Shown here in pieces: positions 32,413 through 43,812 of a stretch of DNA of 53,629 nt (the first letter of the stretch is position 1; every line of letters starts with the position of its first letter). A model generated the notes under the pieces. It made no database searches and was not told the origin of the DNA. It saw only the letters and a list, made by a program, of their open reading frames with translations. Origin of the DNA: an uncultured Synechococcaceae cyanobacterium (GTDB taxonomy: Bacteria; Cyanobacteriota; Cyanobacteriia; PCC-6307; Cyanobiaceae); NCBI GenBank assembly GCA_902573335.1, contig CACGJI010000001.1, forward strand, positions 1 to 53,629. Reading direction: 5' to 3'. Both the position numbers and the translations under genes were made by a program.

Positions 32413-34434
32413 TTAAGATACTTGTGGAGATTGAAAACCAAATATAGCAACTAGTAAAATTACACCTCCAAAAACAATAAGCGCATAAAATTGAGCCCTA
32501 CCAGTCTCAAAATATTTTAAACCTTCTCCACTTCCTAAAGTTACAAGTCCAGTAAGATTTACGACGCCATCAACAACCTTAGAATCAACTTCTAAAACTT
32601 CTTTAGCAAGTTTTCTACTACCCTTAACAAATAGTTTTTCATTAATATCGTCTAGATACCATTTATTGGATAAAAATCGATTGATGCTAGGAAACTTTTC
32701 GGCAAATAAAACTGATAAATTAATTTTTTTCAGAAAATATGCCTGATAAGCAATAATAATTCCAGCAGATGCAATAAGTACTGACGCAAATGCTAAAGGC
32801 AAAAATTCTTGTAATTCGAAGGCTTTTGCAGCAGTCTCTGCTTCTTCAGGATCAAGTAAATTTGCAATTTTGCTATCCCATGGAAGTCCCATAAAACCTA
32901 TAATTACAGAAGGTACAGCTAGAAATACCAAAGGAAATGTCATTGACCATGATGACTCATGAATAGAGCCATGTTCTTCATGCTCTTCTAGATTTTCTTC
33001 ATCGAGGTTTGTTTTAGAGGCTATTAGAAGCTCTTTTTGCAATTCTTTATTCTCGCCTCTAAAATCTCCTTCAAATGTCAAGAAATAAAGCCTAAACATG
33101 TAAAAAGCAGTCATACCAGCTGTTAAAAGTCCTACGAACCAAAAAGCTGGAAATGATATAAAAGCATTTCCGAGTATCTCGTCTTTACTCCAAAAACCTG
33201 CCAATGGGGGAATTCCACTAATTGCCACACAACCTATTAAAAATGTTGTTGATGTAAATGGCATTTTTTTTCTTAAACCTCCCATCAATCTCATATCCTG
33301 AGCTAATACAGGCTGATGGCCAACTACTTCTTCCATAGCATGTATTACTGAACCAGATCCCAAAAATAGCATCGCTTTAAAGCAAGCATGAGTTACTAAA
33401 TGAAAAATTCCTGCTACTGGTGCTCCACAACCCATTGCGAGCATCATATACCCAAGCTGAGAAACTGTGCTATATGCTAAACCTTTTTTTAAATCCATTT
33501 GAGTTAAAGCTATAGAAGCTCCTAAAAAACAAGTAATGGTGCCAACTAATGCAATAATGAACTGAATAGAGGGGAATATTGAATACAAAGGTTGAAGTCT
33601 TGCTACAAGAAATATTCCTGCTGCAACCATTGTTGCAGCATGGATAAGTGCAGAAATAGGTGTCGGGCCTTCCATCGCATCAGGTAACCACACATGAAGA
33701 GGAAACTGAGCAGATTTAGCCATTGGCCCTAAAAAAACTAAAAAACATAGCAATAAAGCAGCCCAAATAGGTATCGAATTGTCAGATATTGATTGAGAAA
33801 TACCAGTAGCTATTTCATTAAAATCAAAACTATTTGTTGCCCAAAATAGGCCAAGAATTCCTAGTAATAACCCGAAATCTCCCACTCTATTAACAACAAA
33901 TGCTTTTTGTGCAGCGTGTGCAGCGCCATCCCTGTCATACCAAAACCCAACCAATAAATAAGAACACATCCCAACTAATTCCCAAAAAACATAAATTTCT
34001 AATAAATTCGGACTAATTATTAATCCCATCATTGAACTACTAAATAATGCTAAATATGTAAAAAATCTGACATAACCTTTATCATGATCCATGTAACCAT
34101 GAGAGTAAATCATTACTAGCAAAGTTATTGTAGTTACTAACGCAAGCATTACACTCCCCAAAGGATCAAGGACAAATCCCATTGGAATTGTGAAATCCCC
34201 AGCATTGGCCCATACAAATAATTTTTCTACTGATTGATAACCATTAACTTGTTCAATTAAAGCTTTATAACTAATTACCGCAGAAATCCCAACGAAAGAA
34301 ATCAGACCTACAGAAACAATTTCTCTTGAATTATTAATTTTCTTGTTGATGCTTATTAGTCCTAAACCAGAAAACACTGCTCCAATAAGTGGGAAAACGG
34401 GAATTAACCAGGCAATTTCTGAAGCTTGTGGCAT
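32413..34434 (-). CDS. ndhF: NDH-1 subunit F1 (NuoL)
   Basis: NRVGDFG, KSAQFPLHVWLPDAMEGPTPISALIHAATMV and LAYSTVSQLGYM. Confidence 0.97.
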   Translation of the reverse strand: MPQASEIAWLIPVFPLIGAVFSGLGLISINKKINNSREIVSVGLISFVGISAVISYKALIEQVNGYQSVEKLFVWANAGDFTIPMGFVLDPLGSVMLALVTTITLLVMIYSHGYMDHDKGYVRFFTYLALFSSSMMGLIISPNLLEIYVFWELVGMCSYLLVGFWYDRDGAAHAAQKAFVVNRVGDFGLLLGILGLFWATNSFDFNEIATGISQSISDNSIPIWAALLLCFLVFLGPMAKSAQFPLHVWLPDAMEGPTPISALIHAATMVAAGIFLVARLQPLYSIFPSIQFIIALVGTITCFLGASIALTQMDLKKGLAYSTVSQLGYMMLAMGCGAPVAGIFHLVTHACFKAMLFLGSGSVIHAMEEVVGHQPVLAQDMRLMGGLRKKMPFTSTTFLIGCVAISGIPPLAGFWSKDEILGNAFISFPAFWFVGLLTAGMTAFYMFRLYFLTFEGDFRGENKELQKELLIASKTNLDEENLEEHEEHGSIHESSWSMTFPLVFLAVPSVIIGFMGLPWDSKIANLLDPEEAETAAKAFELQEFLPLAFASVLIASAGIIIAYQAYFLKKINLSVLFAEKFPSINRFLSNKWYLDDINEKLFVKGSRKLAKEVLEVDSKVVDGVVNLTGLVTLGSGEGLKYFETGRAQFYALIVFGGVILLVAIFGFQSPQVS

Positions 34435-34467
34435 GTTTTAAAGAACTTATATCTTGATTTTAAACTG

Positions 34468-35196
34468 TCAATTGAAAAATTCAGACAAAAATGATGAATT
34501 AAATGTTTTAACAGCAATATTTATATATTGATGAGACCACCAAAGTACGCCTATTGCAATTAATATACCAAATTGAGATAACCTAAAAAATTCTTTAATC
34601 TTAAATTCTTGCCTCCCCTCAAGTAAGGCTACGAAGGGGATTATGGAAGTATTTTTTTTAAAATTTTCAAATTCTTCTCCAAATCTATTTTCTAATCTCT
34701 TGTCGCCATGCCAGATTGCAAAAAGATGATGCAAAACTAGGCCAATAGAAGTTACTAATGTGAATGATGTACCAATCCATAAAGTATGAGCAAAACACCA
34801 AATTATCTGACCAAATGCTTGTGGATGTCTTGTGATTCGCATTATTCCAGTTCCATAGATTCGTACTTTAGGTTTTAAAACCGAAGGAATTTCTAGCAAA
34901 TTGTAAGTAGCGGGATATAAAAATAAAAAACTTATTGCAGTTAAAAACCAAACGACTATAAAAACAAAATTATTACCCTGTAAATTCCATAATCTGATTC
35001 CGTCATATCTATGAGACAAAAAATAACTAATCAAAATAATTGCAGATGGCAAACTTAAAAAAACAAAACATAAACGCCATAATCTCGGACCCATAATAGA
35101 TTCTGCTTTGATTCTTAAAGCAGCTCCTCCACTATGAATTACCGCAAAAATAAAAATCAAAAGTAAAATAATTAGGGAAGTTTTATGAGTCTCCAT
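34468..35196 (-). CDS. NnrU-family membrane protein (15-cis-zeta-carotene isomerase Z-ISO-like)
   Basis: FAVIHSGGAALR, HRYDG, GIMRITRHPQ, HHLFAIWHGD and TSIIPF. Confidence 0.85.
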   Translation of the reverse strand: METHKTSLIILLLIFIFAVIHSGGAALRIKAESIMGPRLWRLCFVFLSLPSAIILISYFLSHRYDGIRLWNLQGNNFVFIVVWFLTAISFLFLYPATYNLLEIPSVLKPKVRIYGTGIMRITRHPQAFGQIIWCFAHTLWIGTSFTLVTSIGLVLHHLFAIWHGDKRLENRFGEEFENFKKNTSIIPFVALLEGRQEFKIKEFFRLSQFGILIAIGVLWWSHQYINIAVKTFNSSFLSEFFN

Positions 35197-35220
35197 AAAT
35201 TTAAATTGTTTAAATAATTT

Positions 35221-35250
35221 TTGTTCTTAACAAGAATGCTCTAAAGCATT
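35221..35250. promoter_or_regulatory. Candidate LysR-type operator: overlapping T-N11-A dyads plus adjacent AATGCT-N4-AGCATT
   Basis: TTGTT-CTT-AACAA (35221-35233), TTCTT-AAC-AAGAA (35224-35236) and AATGCT-CTAA-AGCATT (35235-35250), between divergent nnrU and rbcR. Confidence 0.35.
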
Positions 35251-35279
35251 AGAATTATAAGAAATTGTAGGCATAATAG

Positions 35280-36224
35280 ATGCCAGAATTACCATTTACA
35301 CTCGACCAATTAAGAATATTAAAAGCTATAGCAGCTCAAGGAAGTTTTAAAAAAGCTGCAGATCTCTTATATGTAACCCAACCTGCCGTAAGTTTACAAA
35401 TACAAAATTTAGAAAAACAACTTGAAATCACAATTTTCGACAGAGGTGGTAGGAAGGCTCTTTTGACTGAAGCAGGGAGACTATTACTTGAATATTGTGA
35501 ACGAATTTTGAATCAATGCGACGAAGCTTGCAAAGCTATTGAAGATTTAAATAGCTTAAAAGGTGGAACCCTTGTCATTGGAGCGAGCCAAACAACGGGT
35601 ACCTATTTAATGCCGAGAATGATAGGACTATTCAGACAAAAATACCCTGATGTATCCGTGCAACTTCAAGTCCATAGTACTAGAAGAACTGGTTGGAGCG
35701 TCGCCAATGGACAAATTGACTTAGCCATTATTGGCGGACAATTACCTGGAGATTTGGAAAATTTACTACAAGTAATTCCATATGCCACTGATGAATTGGC
35801 ATTAGTTTTACCATCTAAACATCCACTTTCGACCAAAAAAGAGCTTTTAAAAGAAGACTTATACAAATTAAATTTTGTAACATTAGACTCTCAATCTACA
35901 ACAAGAAAAGTAGTTGACAAACTTCTTAAAGACTCTGGGCTTGATATTCAAAGATTAAAAATTGAAATGGAACTTAACTCTCTTGAAGCAATCAAAAATG
36001 CAGTTCAATCAGGATTAGGGGCTTCCTTTTTGCCTGTTGTTTCTATTGAAAGAGAATTATCTGCTGGAACAATCCACAAAGCATTTGTTGCTGACTTAGA
36101 GGTTAAAAGAGAACTTAAACTAATTACAAATCCTTCAAGATATACATCAAGAGCATCAGAGGTATTTAAAAAAAATATTCTGCCGCAATTTGCTAGTTTA
36201 GAAAGCCCTTTAAGACATACATAA
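35280..36224 (+). CDS. rbcR: LysR-family regulator RbcR/Ycf30
   Basis: [46 protein letters not shown] and VHSTRR. Confidence 0.92.
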   Translation: MPELPFTLDQLRILKAIAAQGSFKKAADLLYVTQPAVSLQIQNLEKQLEITIFDRGGRKALLTEAGRLLLEYCERILNQCDEACKAIEDLNSLKGGTLVIGASQTTGTYLMPRMIGLFRQKYPDVSVQLQVHSTRRTGWSVANGQIDLAIIGGQLPGDLENLLQVIPYATDELALVLPSKHPLSTKKELLKEDLYKLNFVTLDSQSTTRKVVDKLLKDSGLDIQRLKIEMELNSLEAIKNAVQSGLGASFLPVVSIERELSAGTIHKAFVADLEVKRELKLITNPSRYTSRASEVFKKNILPQFASLESPLRHT

Positions 36225-36230
36225 TTTTGA

Positions 36231-36854
36231 TCAAAACTGAATTGCTTCTTTATTAATACCAACTCCTCCGTCTTCGGCTTGCCCATCGCCTTTTATTATA
36301 AATTTATTTTCGTTTACATCTGTCTGATAAACGCACTTAACTATTGGCTTATCTCTTATAGATCCAATATAAGCAAAAGTATTCATCCTTTGCTTGCATT
36401 CTCTTACATCTTCATTACTAATAGCACCCTGTTTTTGTAAAACTGTCCAATTCTCTCTTCTAATCACACAACCTGGCTGAAGAGCTGGTTGCGTTACAAA
36501 ACTTGTAGATGGATTCAGAGTTGTATACATTTCAACATCAATTACAAAAGCACTAGCTCCCCATTGTCTACAAAATTCAGGGTCTGGAACAGCCATATCT
36601 AATTGCTGTTGACTAGCTATGTTTCCCTGTCCACCATCTGTTGTACTGGTAATAGCACTCCCAATACCAACTCCTAAAATTAGTACTCCCGCAAGCACAG
36701 CAATGGTTCCAGTACTGAAGTTGATCTTTTGTTCAGAAGAAGCAGGTAATCTACTGTTTCTTTGCCCATAAGAATCCATATCTCTTGGATTTGGAGGGTA
36801 ATAATCTCTATTTGAGCCTCTCCTTGGCCTTCTATTTGAGGATGATCTATTCAC
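36231..36854 (-). CDS. Conserved cyanobacterial membrane-anchored protein (DUF3172-like)
   Basis: Arg-rich N-terminus, TM helix [35 protein letters not shown] and CKQRMNTF; GTGA overlap with the ndhM stop. Confidence 0.75.
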   Translation of the reverse strand: MNRSSSNRRPRRGSNRDYYPPNPRDMDSYGQRNSRLPASSEQKINFSTGTIAVLAGVLILGVGIGSAITSTTDGGQGNIASQQQLDMAVPDPEFCRQWGASAFVIDVEMYTTLNPSTSFVTQPALQPGCVIRRENWTVLQKQGAISNEDVRECKQRMNTFAYIGSIRDKPIVKCVYQTDVNENKFIIKGDGQAEDGGVGINKEAIQF

Positions 36855-37198
36855 AGTACTTCATTTGTTTTTGGTAAACCCATTGAATAATTCATTACTC
36901 TACAATCAGGGTTATAGCTCAGCTGACCATTTTGAAGCAAGAATTTGATTAAACCTTCGATTTCTGATCCTATTTTTCGAAGTTCATAATCATCTAAATC
37001 TCTCCCTGCTCTCTCTTTAATTAAATCATTAAACTTTTCATTTATTTTATTTAAAGAATCTTCGTTCCAAATAAATTCGTTATCGGGATCTAAATCAAGA
37101 GTCAGTTTGTTGGGATGAAACCGTAATTCCTTATCAACTACTTCAGCAGTAAAAATTCTTACATGTCTGGTAGTCGACTTTAAAAGCATTTTTTCCAT
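36851..37198 (-). CDS. ndhM: NDH-1 subunit M
   Basis: [28 protein letters not shown] and [10 protein letters not shown]. Confidence 0.95.
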   Translation of the reverse strand: MEKMLLKSTTRHVRIFTAEVVDKELRFHPNKLTLDLDPDNEFIWNEDSLNKINEKFNDLIKERAGRDLDDYELRKIGSEIEGLIKFLLQNGQLSYNPDCRVMNYSMGLPKTNEVL

Positions 37199-37246
37199 AA
37201 TTTCACGAAATAATCAACGAAAAAAATTATTATGTTCTAACTTTAA

Positions 37247-38689
<1,443 letters not shown>

Positions 38690-38723
38690 CATTTTCAAAA
38701 TCTTTAAATTCAGCTAAAACTTT

Positions 38724-39632
38724 TTGAAAAATTCAATTTCTCAACTAGATCAAGCATACGAGATATGCCGAAAAGAAACTCAACAATGGGCTAAAACATT
38801 CTACTTGGGTACTCTTCTATTACCTCAAAAAAAGAGAAAAGCTATTTGGGCTATTTACGTATGGTGTAGAAGAACAGATGAAATAATGGATAGCGTAGAA
38901 GCCTCAACTAAATCACAAGAGGAGCTTTCAGATAATTTAGATGAATGGGAAGAAAATACTAAAAATGTATTTAATGGGAATATTAAATCTGAATTAGACT
39001 CAGTTTTATTAGATACCATCGAGAAATATCCACAAAGTATTCAACCCTATTTAGACATGATAGATGGCCAGAGGATGGATCTAAATAAATTTAGATACAA
39101 AGATTTTGATGAATTAAAACTCTATTGTTATAGAGTTGCAGGAACTGTTGGTTTAATGACCCAAAATGTAATGGGGATTGATAGTGCTTATACATCAGCA
39201 CCATGGAGTGCCATGCCTGACCCTTCTGAAGCAGCTATAGCTCTAGGAATTGCAAATCAATTAACGAATATATTGAGAGATGTGGGAGAAGATAGACACA
39301 GAGGAAGAATTTATCTCCCGCAAGCGGATATTGAAAAATTTAATTATTCAGAAGAAGAACTTTTAAAAGGAAAAATAAACAAGCAGTGGAAAGCATTGAT
39401 GAACTTTCAATTAACAAGGGCTCGCGAATGGTTCCAAAAGTCTGAGGATGGTATTAAGTGGCTATCTTCCGACGCGAGATGGCCAGTATGGACATCTTTA
39501 CGTCTTTACAGAGGAATATTAGATTCTATTGAAAAATTAGATTATGATGTCTTTAATAATAGGGCTTTTGTAAAAAATTCAGTAAAAGCTCTTGAGATTC
39601 CAATATCTTTTTTAATTTCTCGAATTAAGTAA
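38724..39632 (+). CDS. crtB: Phytoene synthase
   Basis: AKTFYLGT, WCRRTDE, YCYRVAGTVG and QLTNILRDVGED..RGRIYLP. Confidence 0.97.
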   Translation: MKNSISQLDQAYEICRKETQQWAKTFYLGTLLLPQKKRKAIWAIYVWCRRTDEIMDSVEASTKSQEELSDNLDEWEENTKNVFNGNIKSELDSVLLDTIEKYPQSIQPYLDMIDGQRMDLNKFRYKDFDELKLYCYRVAGTVGLMTQNVMGIDSAYTSAPWSAMPDPSEAAIALGIANQLTNILRDVGEDRHRGRIYLPQADIEKFNYSEEELLKGKINKQWKALMNFQLTRAREWFQKSEDGIKWLSSDARWPVWTSLRLYRGILDSIEKLDYDVFNNRAFVKNSVKALEIPISFLISRIK

Positions 39633-39639
39633 TAAATAA

Positions 39640-40059
39640 CTATGCAGGTGTCTTCTGATTAGCTAACAAATCTTTCAATTTAGATAATTCTCCAGCCCAT
39701 CTTGGATCAGGAGCTTCGAGGTTAGGTGCATCACTATGAACAATTTTCTTAAAGTCTTTCCTTTTCTTATTTTTGTTTAATTTTCCACCATTTTTTTTGT
39801 TTGAAGCAGAATCTTTTTTTTCTGATAGCTCTACTCTTAATTTAGAACCATTAAATTCAAAACCGTTTAACTTTTGAATTAATAAATTAGCATTATCTTC
39901 ATTATTTGCTGTAGCGAAACCAAACCCCCTGCATTCCTTAGTTTCCTTATCTAGAACTGCTTTAAATCTAATCGAATCAGAAACTGACTTTAAAAGTGTA
40001 TCAAATTCTTTTGGATTAAATCCTTGTGGTAAGTTGCCAATGTAAATGCGAATACTCAT
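39640..40059 (-). CDS. RRM RNA-binding protein with extended basic C-terminus
   Basis: RNP2 IYIGNL, RNP1 RGFGFA and C-terminal APDPRWA. Confidence 0.9.
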   Translation of the reverse strand: MSIRIYIGNLPQGFNPKEFDTLLKSVSDSIRFKAVLDKETKECRGFGFATANNEDNANLLIQKLNGFEFNGSKLRVELSEKKDSASNKKNGGKLNKNKKRKDFKKIVHSDAPNLEAPDPRWAGELSKLKDLLANQKTPA

Positions 40060-40117
40060 AAATTTTTAAAAATGATTTTGAAGTCTGAACTTCTAAACAA
40101 AACTAAGCTATGTGTAT

Positions 40118-41338
40118 TTAATCACATTTTGGTGCATTTTGTTCAATCCATCGCTTTGCTTTATAAATAGCTTCATCAAAATTATTTAATCTCTTATATG
40201 CAAGTTCCTTAGAAAGATACCGTAACAGCTCTCCTAAGATAGGCCCATCCTTTATTTTTAAATTTTTTTTGATTACTTCACCATTCAGTAAGTTTGAAGG
40301 ATGAAATAATTTATCATCACTGTCACGCCATCTACGATGCCAATTTAATCGTAAATTTTGAGGTAAATGAAAAATAAAAGTTGGAAGAAACGTCTCTAAT
40401 TCTTTATGTAATTCAAATCTATCTGATTCAGTAAATTGAGCGATATTTTTTTTCTCCAACAAAAAGTGCCATTTTCTTAATAACTTAGTTTTTGTAATCT
40501 CAGCTCTACTAAATTTAAATCGCTCAAGAGATACTTCATCAAAAATTTGGGCTATAAAAAATAATGGTAAATATTTCTCTTTTTCCTGCTTATTAAATTC
40601 AGCATAGTTAATTTCTTGTAAATCCAAAAAAAAAGAATTTTTATAAAAATTATCAGATCCAAATATATTAAATTTTTTTACCAAAATTACAGCCTCAAGT
40701 GCATTTTCCCCATTTACTATTTTATGTATTTCATAATTAATCCTCTCTTTTGCAACAAGATATAATTTCCCTTTACTTTTTTTTATAAAATCAACCAATT
40801 TTGGATCGATCTTAAAATTCAATTCTGAAACAAAACGAAAACATCTTAAAATTCTTAACGGATCATTAAGTAAGTTTTTTGCTGAATAAGTTTTAATTAA
40901 AGCAATCTCTAAATCTTTAAGACCATTCAATGGATCAAACAAAAGCTTCTTATCAAATAAAAAAGCAATTGAATTTATTGAAAAGTCCCTACTGCATAGA
41001 TCGCCCTCGATCGTGGAGGAAATCTGATTAGCAATATCAATTGAGATATGATTAAGAATAATTCTCACAACTTCTCTTTCCTTATCTAAGATTATAAATT
41101 TAGATTTAATATTCTCTGCAATCATTTTCCCAATTTCAATAGCATTAAAAGGCACCACAATATCAACATCTACCTCTTCAGTTACTCTTTTCAAAATAAT
41201 ATCTCTTATGTAACCACCAACTAAATATGAACCTGTAGGTAAAAAAGATAAGATAAAATGCAAATTATGAAATTTGAAACTTCTTTCTAATTCATCAATA
41301 ATTAGTGTATGATCGGTATGAATGTTATCTTTTTTCAT
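40118..41338 (-). CDS. Class II tRNA nucleotidyltransferase/poly(A) polymerase family protein (probably CC-adding type)
   Basis: LVGGYIRD..DVDIV, DLCSRDFSINS, FDPLNG and DPLRILR. Confidence 0.88.
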   Translation of the reverse strand: MKKDNIHTDHTLIIDELERSFKFHNLHFILSFLPTGSYLVGGYIRDIILKRVTEEVDVDIVVPFNAIEIGKMIAENIKSKFIILDKEREVVRIILNHISIDIANQISSTIEGDLCSRDFSINSIAFLFDKKLLFDPLNGLKDLEIALIKTYSAKNLLNDPLRILRCFRFVSELNFKIDPKLVDFIKKSKGKLYLVAKERINYEIHKIVNGENALEAVILVKKFNIFGSDNFYKNSFFLDLQEINYAEFNKQEKEKYLPLFFIAQIFDEVSLERFKFSRAEITKTKLLRKWHFLLEKKNIAQFTESDRFELHKELETFLPTFIFHLPQNLRLNWHRRWRDSDDKLFHPSNLLNGEVIKKNLKIKDGPILGELLRYLSKELAYKRLNNFDEAIYKAKRWIEQNAPKCD

Positions 41339-41352
41339 TTTTAGTATTTGCT

Positions 41353-41604
41353 ATGTGCATTTGCATCAACTGTAAATGGGTTGATAGATGTATCACTTAT
41401 CATGACGTTGAAAATAATCATGATGTTGATAATATTTGTGATGTACCTGATTTTAAAGCAAAAAAGCCATTCATTCACGTCAGTATAATTAAAGATAAGA
41501 ACGGAGATTTTAAAACTGATTGGGATGTTCAATCTTGTGAAAGTTTTACAAATGAATTTGGTAAGTGGTCTAAGTGTAATCCAGGTATGGAATTACCTGT
41601 TTAA
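41353..41604 (+). CDS. ycf34: Ycf34 family small Fe-S protein
   Basis: MCICINCKWVDRCITYHDVE...DWDVQSCESF. Start reassigned to ATG 41353 to avoid overlap with the divergent gene. Confidence 0.88.
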   Translation: MCICINCKWVDRCITYHDVENNHDVDNICDVPDFKAKKPFIHVSIIKDKNGDFKTDWDVQSCESFTNEFGKWSKCNPGMELPV

Positions 41605-41613
41605 AGGTAATAG

Positions 41614-42267
41614 ATGACACATAATCTTAAGCAAAGACTGCACTACCCTACATTAGGAATACATAGCACAGACAATTCTTTTGGCTTTGGATACAGAGAG
41701 AGCAATAATATTCAATCTGATGAATTATTTGTTAAACAATTTGATAATGACTTAAATAACAACTTAATTGTTGAATTTAACGAATTCATTACCAAAGAAA
41801 ATTTAAAAAAAGTAAATAAGATATCTGTCAGTATAGGACCAGCAAATTTTAATGCTTCAAGACTTATTGTAGTTTTAGCAAGAACTATCTCACAACAAAT
41901 AAATTGTCCTTTAGACAGCTTTAGTTCGTTTGAATTAATGGCAAAAAGAATTGCATCAAAAAATAATATTTTTAAAAACAAAAAATCATTCTGGATTTAC
42001 AAAAAATTAAAACGAAAAGGATTTATTGCAGGTAAATATGAAATTTGTCATAACGAAGAAAAAAATGGGGATCTAGTTATTCGAGAAATAGTTACACCAA
42101 AAGTTATTAAAGAATTAGAGAGTAAAGAACTTTTTTTTGAGGCTAATTATCAGGATGAAGATGATTTAAGGGAATTATTAGATTTAGCAAATAAAAATAT
42201 ATTAAATACAAATGTAAATTCATGGAAAAAAGTTTTGCCCCTTTACCCTATTTCTCCAATTAACTAA
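41614..42267 (+). CDS. tsaB: tRNA t6A biosynthesis protein TsaB-like (diverged)
   Basis: LGIHST, ISVSIGPANFNASRL..VLARTISQQ and the C-terminal VLPLYP seen in cyanobacterial TsaB. Confidence 0.7.
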   Translation: MTHNLKQRLHYPTLGIHSTDNSFGFGYRESNNIQSDELFVKQFDNDLNNNLIVEFNEFITKENLKKVNKISVSIGPANFNASRLIVVLARTISQQINCPLDSFSSFELMAKRIASKNNIFKNKKSFWIYKKLKRKGFIAGKYEICHNEEKNGDLVIREIVTPKVIKELESKELFFEANYQDEDDLRELLDLANKNILNTNVNSWKKVLPLYPISPIN

Positions 42268-42271
42268 ATTT

Positions 42272-42892
42272 TTATCCAATCAAATTATTAATATTATCTT
42301 GAAGTATCATAGTTACGGAATTAAGTTCATTTCTTGATGAATTTTGTGGAGGTTGAACAGGTTTCCCGACTTTAATCACTATTTTTGAAAAAAAAGGAAT
42401 ACATAATTTAAACTTTATTAGTCTATGTGAATTAACTATCGCAACGGGTAATAATAATTTTTGATTTTTAAAGGCTAATAAAGCAGCTCCTTGTTTTGGC
42501 TTATTAACTCGCCCATTTTTTTGACGAGTACCATCAATAAAGATTCCAATACAATTATTATCTGATAATTTTTTACATGCTGTTGTAATGGTATTTTTAT
42601 CGGCAATTCCCCTCTTCACAGGATAAGCCCCACAAGCCTTGATAACAAACCCAAGTAAAGGTATTCTAAATAGCTCTGCCTTGGCCATAAAAGATATGTT
42701 ACGTCCAAGAGCATGTCCTAAAAAAGGAGGGTCAAGCAAAGAACCATGATTAGAAACCATTATGAAAGAATTTTTTTGCGGAATATTTTCTCTACCTAAT
42801 AAATGACCTCTAAATACAAATTTATAAATAGGTAATACAAAAATTTTGCTAACTATTTGATAGATTAATTTTTGAAAAACATCATTTTTCAT
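42272..42892 (-). CDS. plsC: 1-acyl-sn-glycerol-3-phosphate acyltransferase
   Basis: SNHGSLLDPP, FMAKAELF, GAYPVKRG and FIDGTR. Confidence 0.93.
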   Translation of the reverse strand: MKNDVFQKLIYQIVSKIFVLPIYKFVFRGHLLGRENIPQKNSFIMVSNHGSLLDPPFLGHALGRNISFMAKAELFRIPLLGFVIKACGAYPVKRGIADKNTITTACKKLSDNNCIGIFIDGTRQKNGRVNKPKQGAALLAFKNQKLLLPVAIVNSHRLIKFKLCIPFFSKIVIKVGKPVQPPQNSSRNELNSVTMILQDNINNLIG

Positions 42893-42898
42893 ATTAAA

Positions 42899-43795
42899 TT
42901 AATAGGTGATTTGATTAGAACATGAAACTTGAGAAATTTTTAAATCTTTCAGATGTCTTTTTGCTAAACCGCTAAGTACATTTGATGGGCCAATTTCAAC
43001 AAAATGAAGATCACTATCTTTTGCCATTAAATTCATAGTTTCTCGCCACCTAACACCATTACACATTTGATTTGCCAATCTAACTTTAAGCTCATCTGGA
43101 TCGTCACAAAATGAAGGGTCATAATTACTTATTACTGGGACAGAGGGATTTTTAAACTTAATCTGTTTTAAATACTCAGAAAATTTAACTGAAGCATCAT
43201 CCATGAATGGTGAATGGAATGCACCTGAAACATTTAATTTTAGGAATCTTTTACAAGAAATTTCTTTGGATAAATTGTCTAACTCTTCGTTAGAACCTGA
43301 TAAGACAATTTGGGAAGAGCTATTATCATTAGCAATTACAACATCTTCACTTTTTTTTACTAATAAATCAAGCTCATTTCTATCAAAACCAATTACTGCT
43401 GCCATAGAACCTTTCCCAGCGTTTACCATTAATTGAGATCTGACTTTTATTAGTGATACGCAGTCTTCGAATGATAAAACATCGGCACAATATAATGCAG
43501 TTATTTCTCCCAGACTATGCCCAGCAACATAAGTTGGTTTAAAACCATTCTCTTTTAAGGCATCTAATAAAATTGATTCAACCAAAAAAAGACAAATCTG
43601 TGTATTGCTTGTATTATTCAAATCACAAAGAGGATTTGTTGGATCAGAATTTAACTCGCAAATTTCAAATAAATTTCTCTCAAATATCTCAGAAGCATAA
43701 CTAAACCTCTCTATTGTGCTCGGCAAATTTTCAATTTGTTTTGCCATTCCAATTTTTTGCGAACCCTGTCCAGGGAATACCCATGTAACTGTCAT
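42899..43795 (-). CDS. fabD: Malonyl-CoA:ACP transacylase
   Basis: FPGQGSQ, GHSLGE and VSGAFHS; start taken at MTVTWVF (ORF track start 43822). Confidence 0.96.
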   Translation of the reverse strand: MTVTWVFPGQGSQKIGMAKQIENLPSTIERFSYASEIFERNLFEICELNSDPTNPLCDLNNTSNTQICLFLVESILLDALKENGFKPTYVAGHSLGEITALYCADVLSFEDCVSLIKVRSQLMVNAGKGSMAAVIGFDRNELDLLVKKSEDVVIANDNSSSQIVLSGSNEELDNLSKEISCKRFLKLNVSGAFHSPFMDDASVKFSEYLKQIKFKNPSVPVISNYDPSFCDDPDELKVRLANQMCNGVRWRETMNLMAKDSDLHFVEIGPSNVLSGLAKRHLKDLKISQVSCSNQITY

Positions 43796-43812
43796 AATGT
43801 TCCTATTTTGTT

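Noticed and set aside
32950-33010. Acidic/His stretch in NdhF (DEENLEEHEEHGSIHES)
   Set aside because: A variable His/acidic loop at this position is usual in cyanobacterial NdhF1.
40077-40098. Small hairpin GAAGT-CTGA-ACTTC between the nucleotidyltransferase and RRM genes
   Set aside because: Short, weak stem; insufficient to call a terminator.
41305-41352. Longer ycf34 start at 41305
   Set aside because: Overlaps the divergent gene; Ycf34 proteins begin MCIC.
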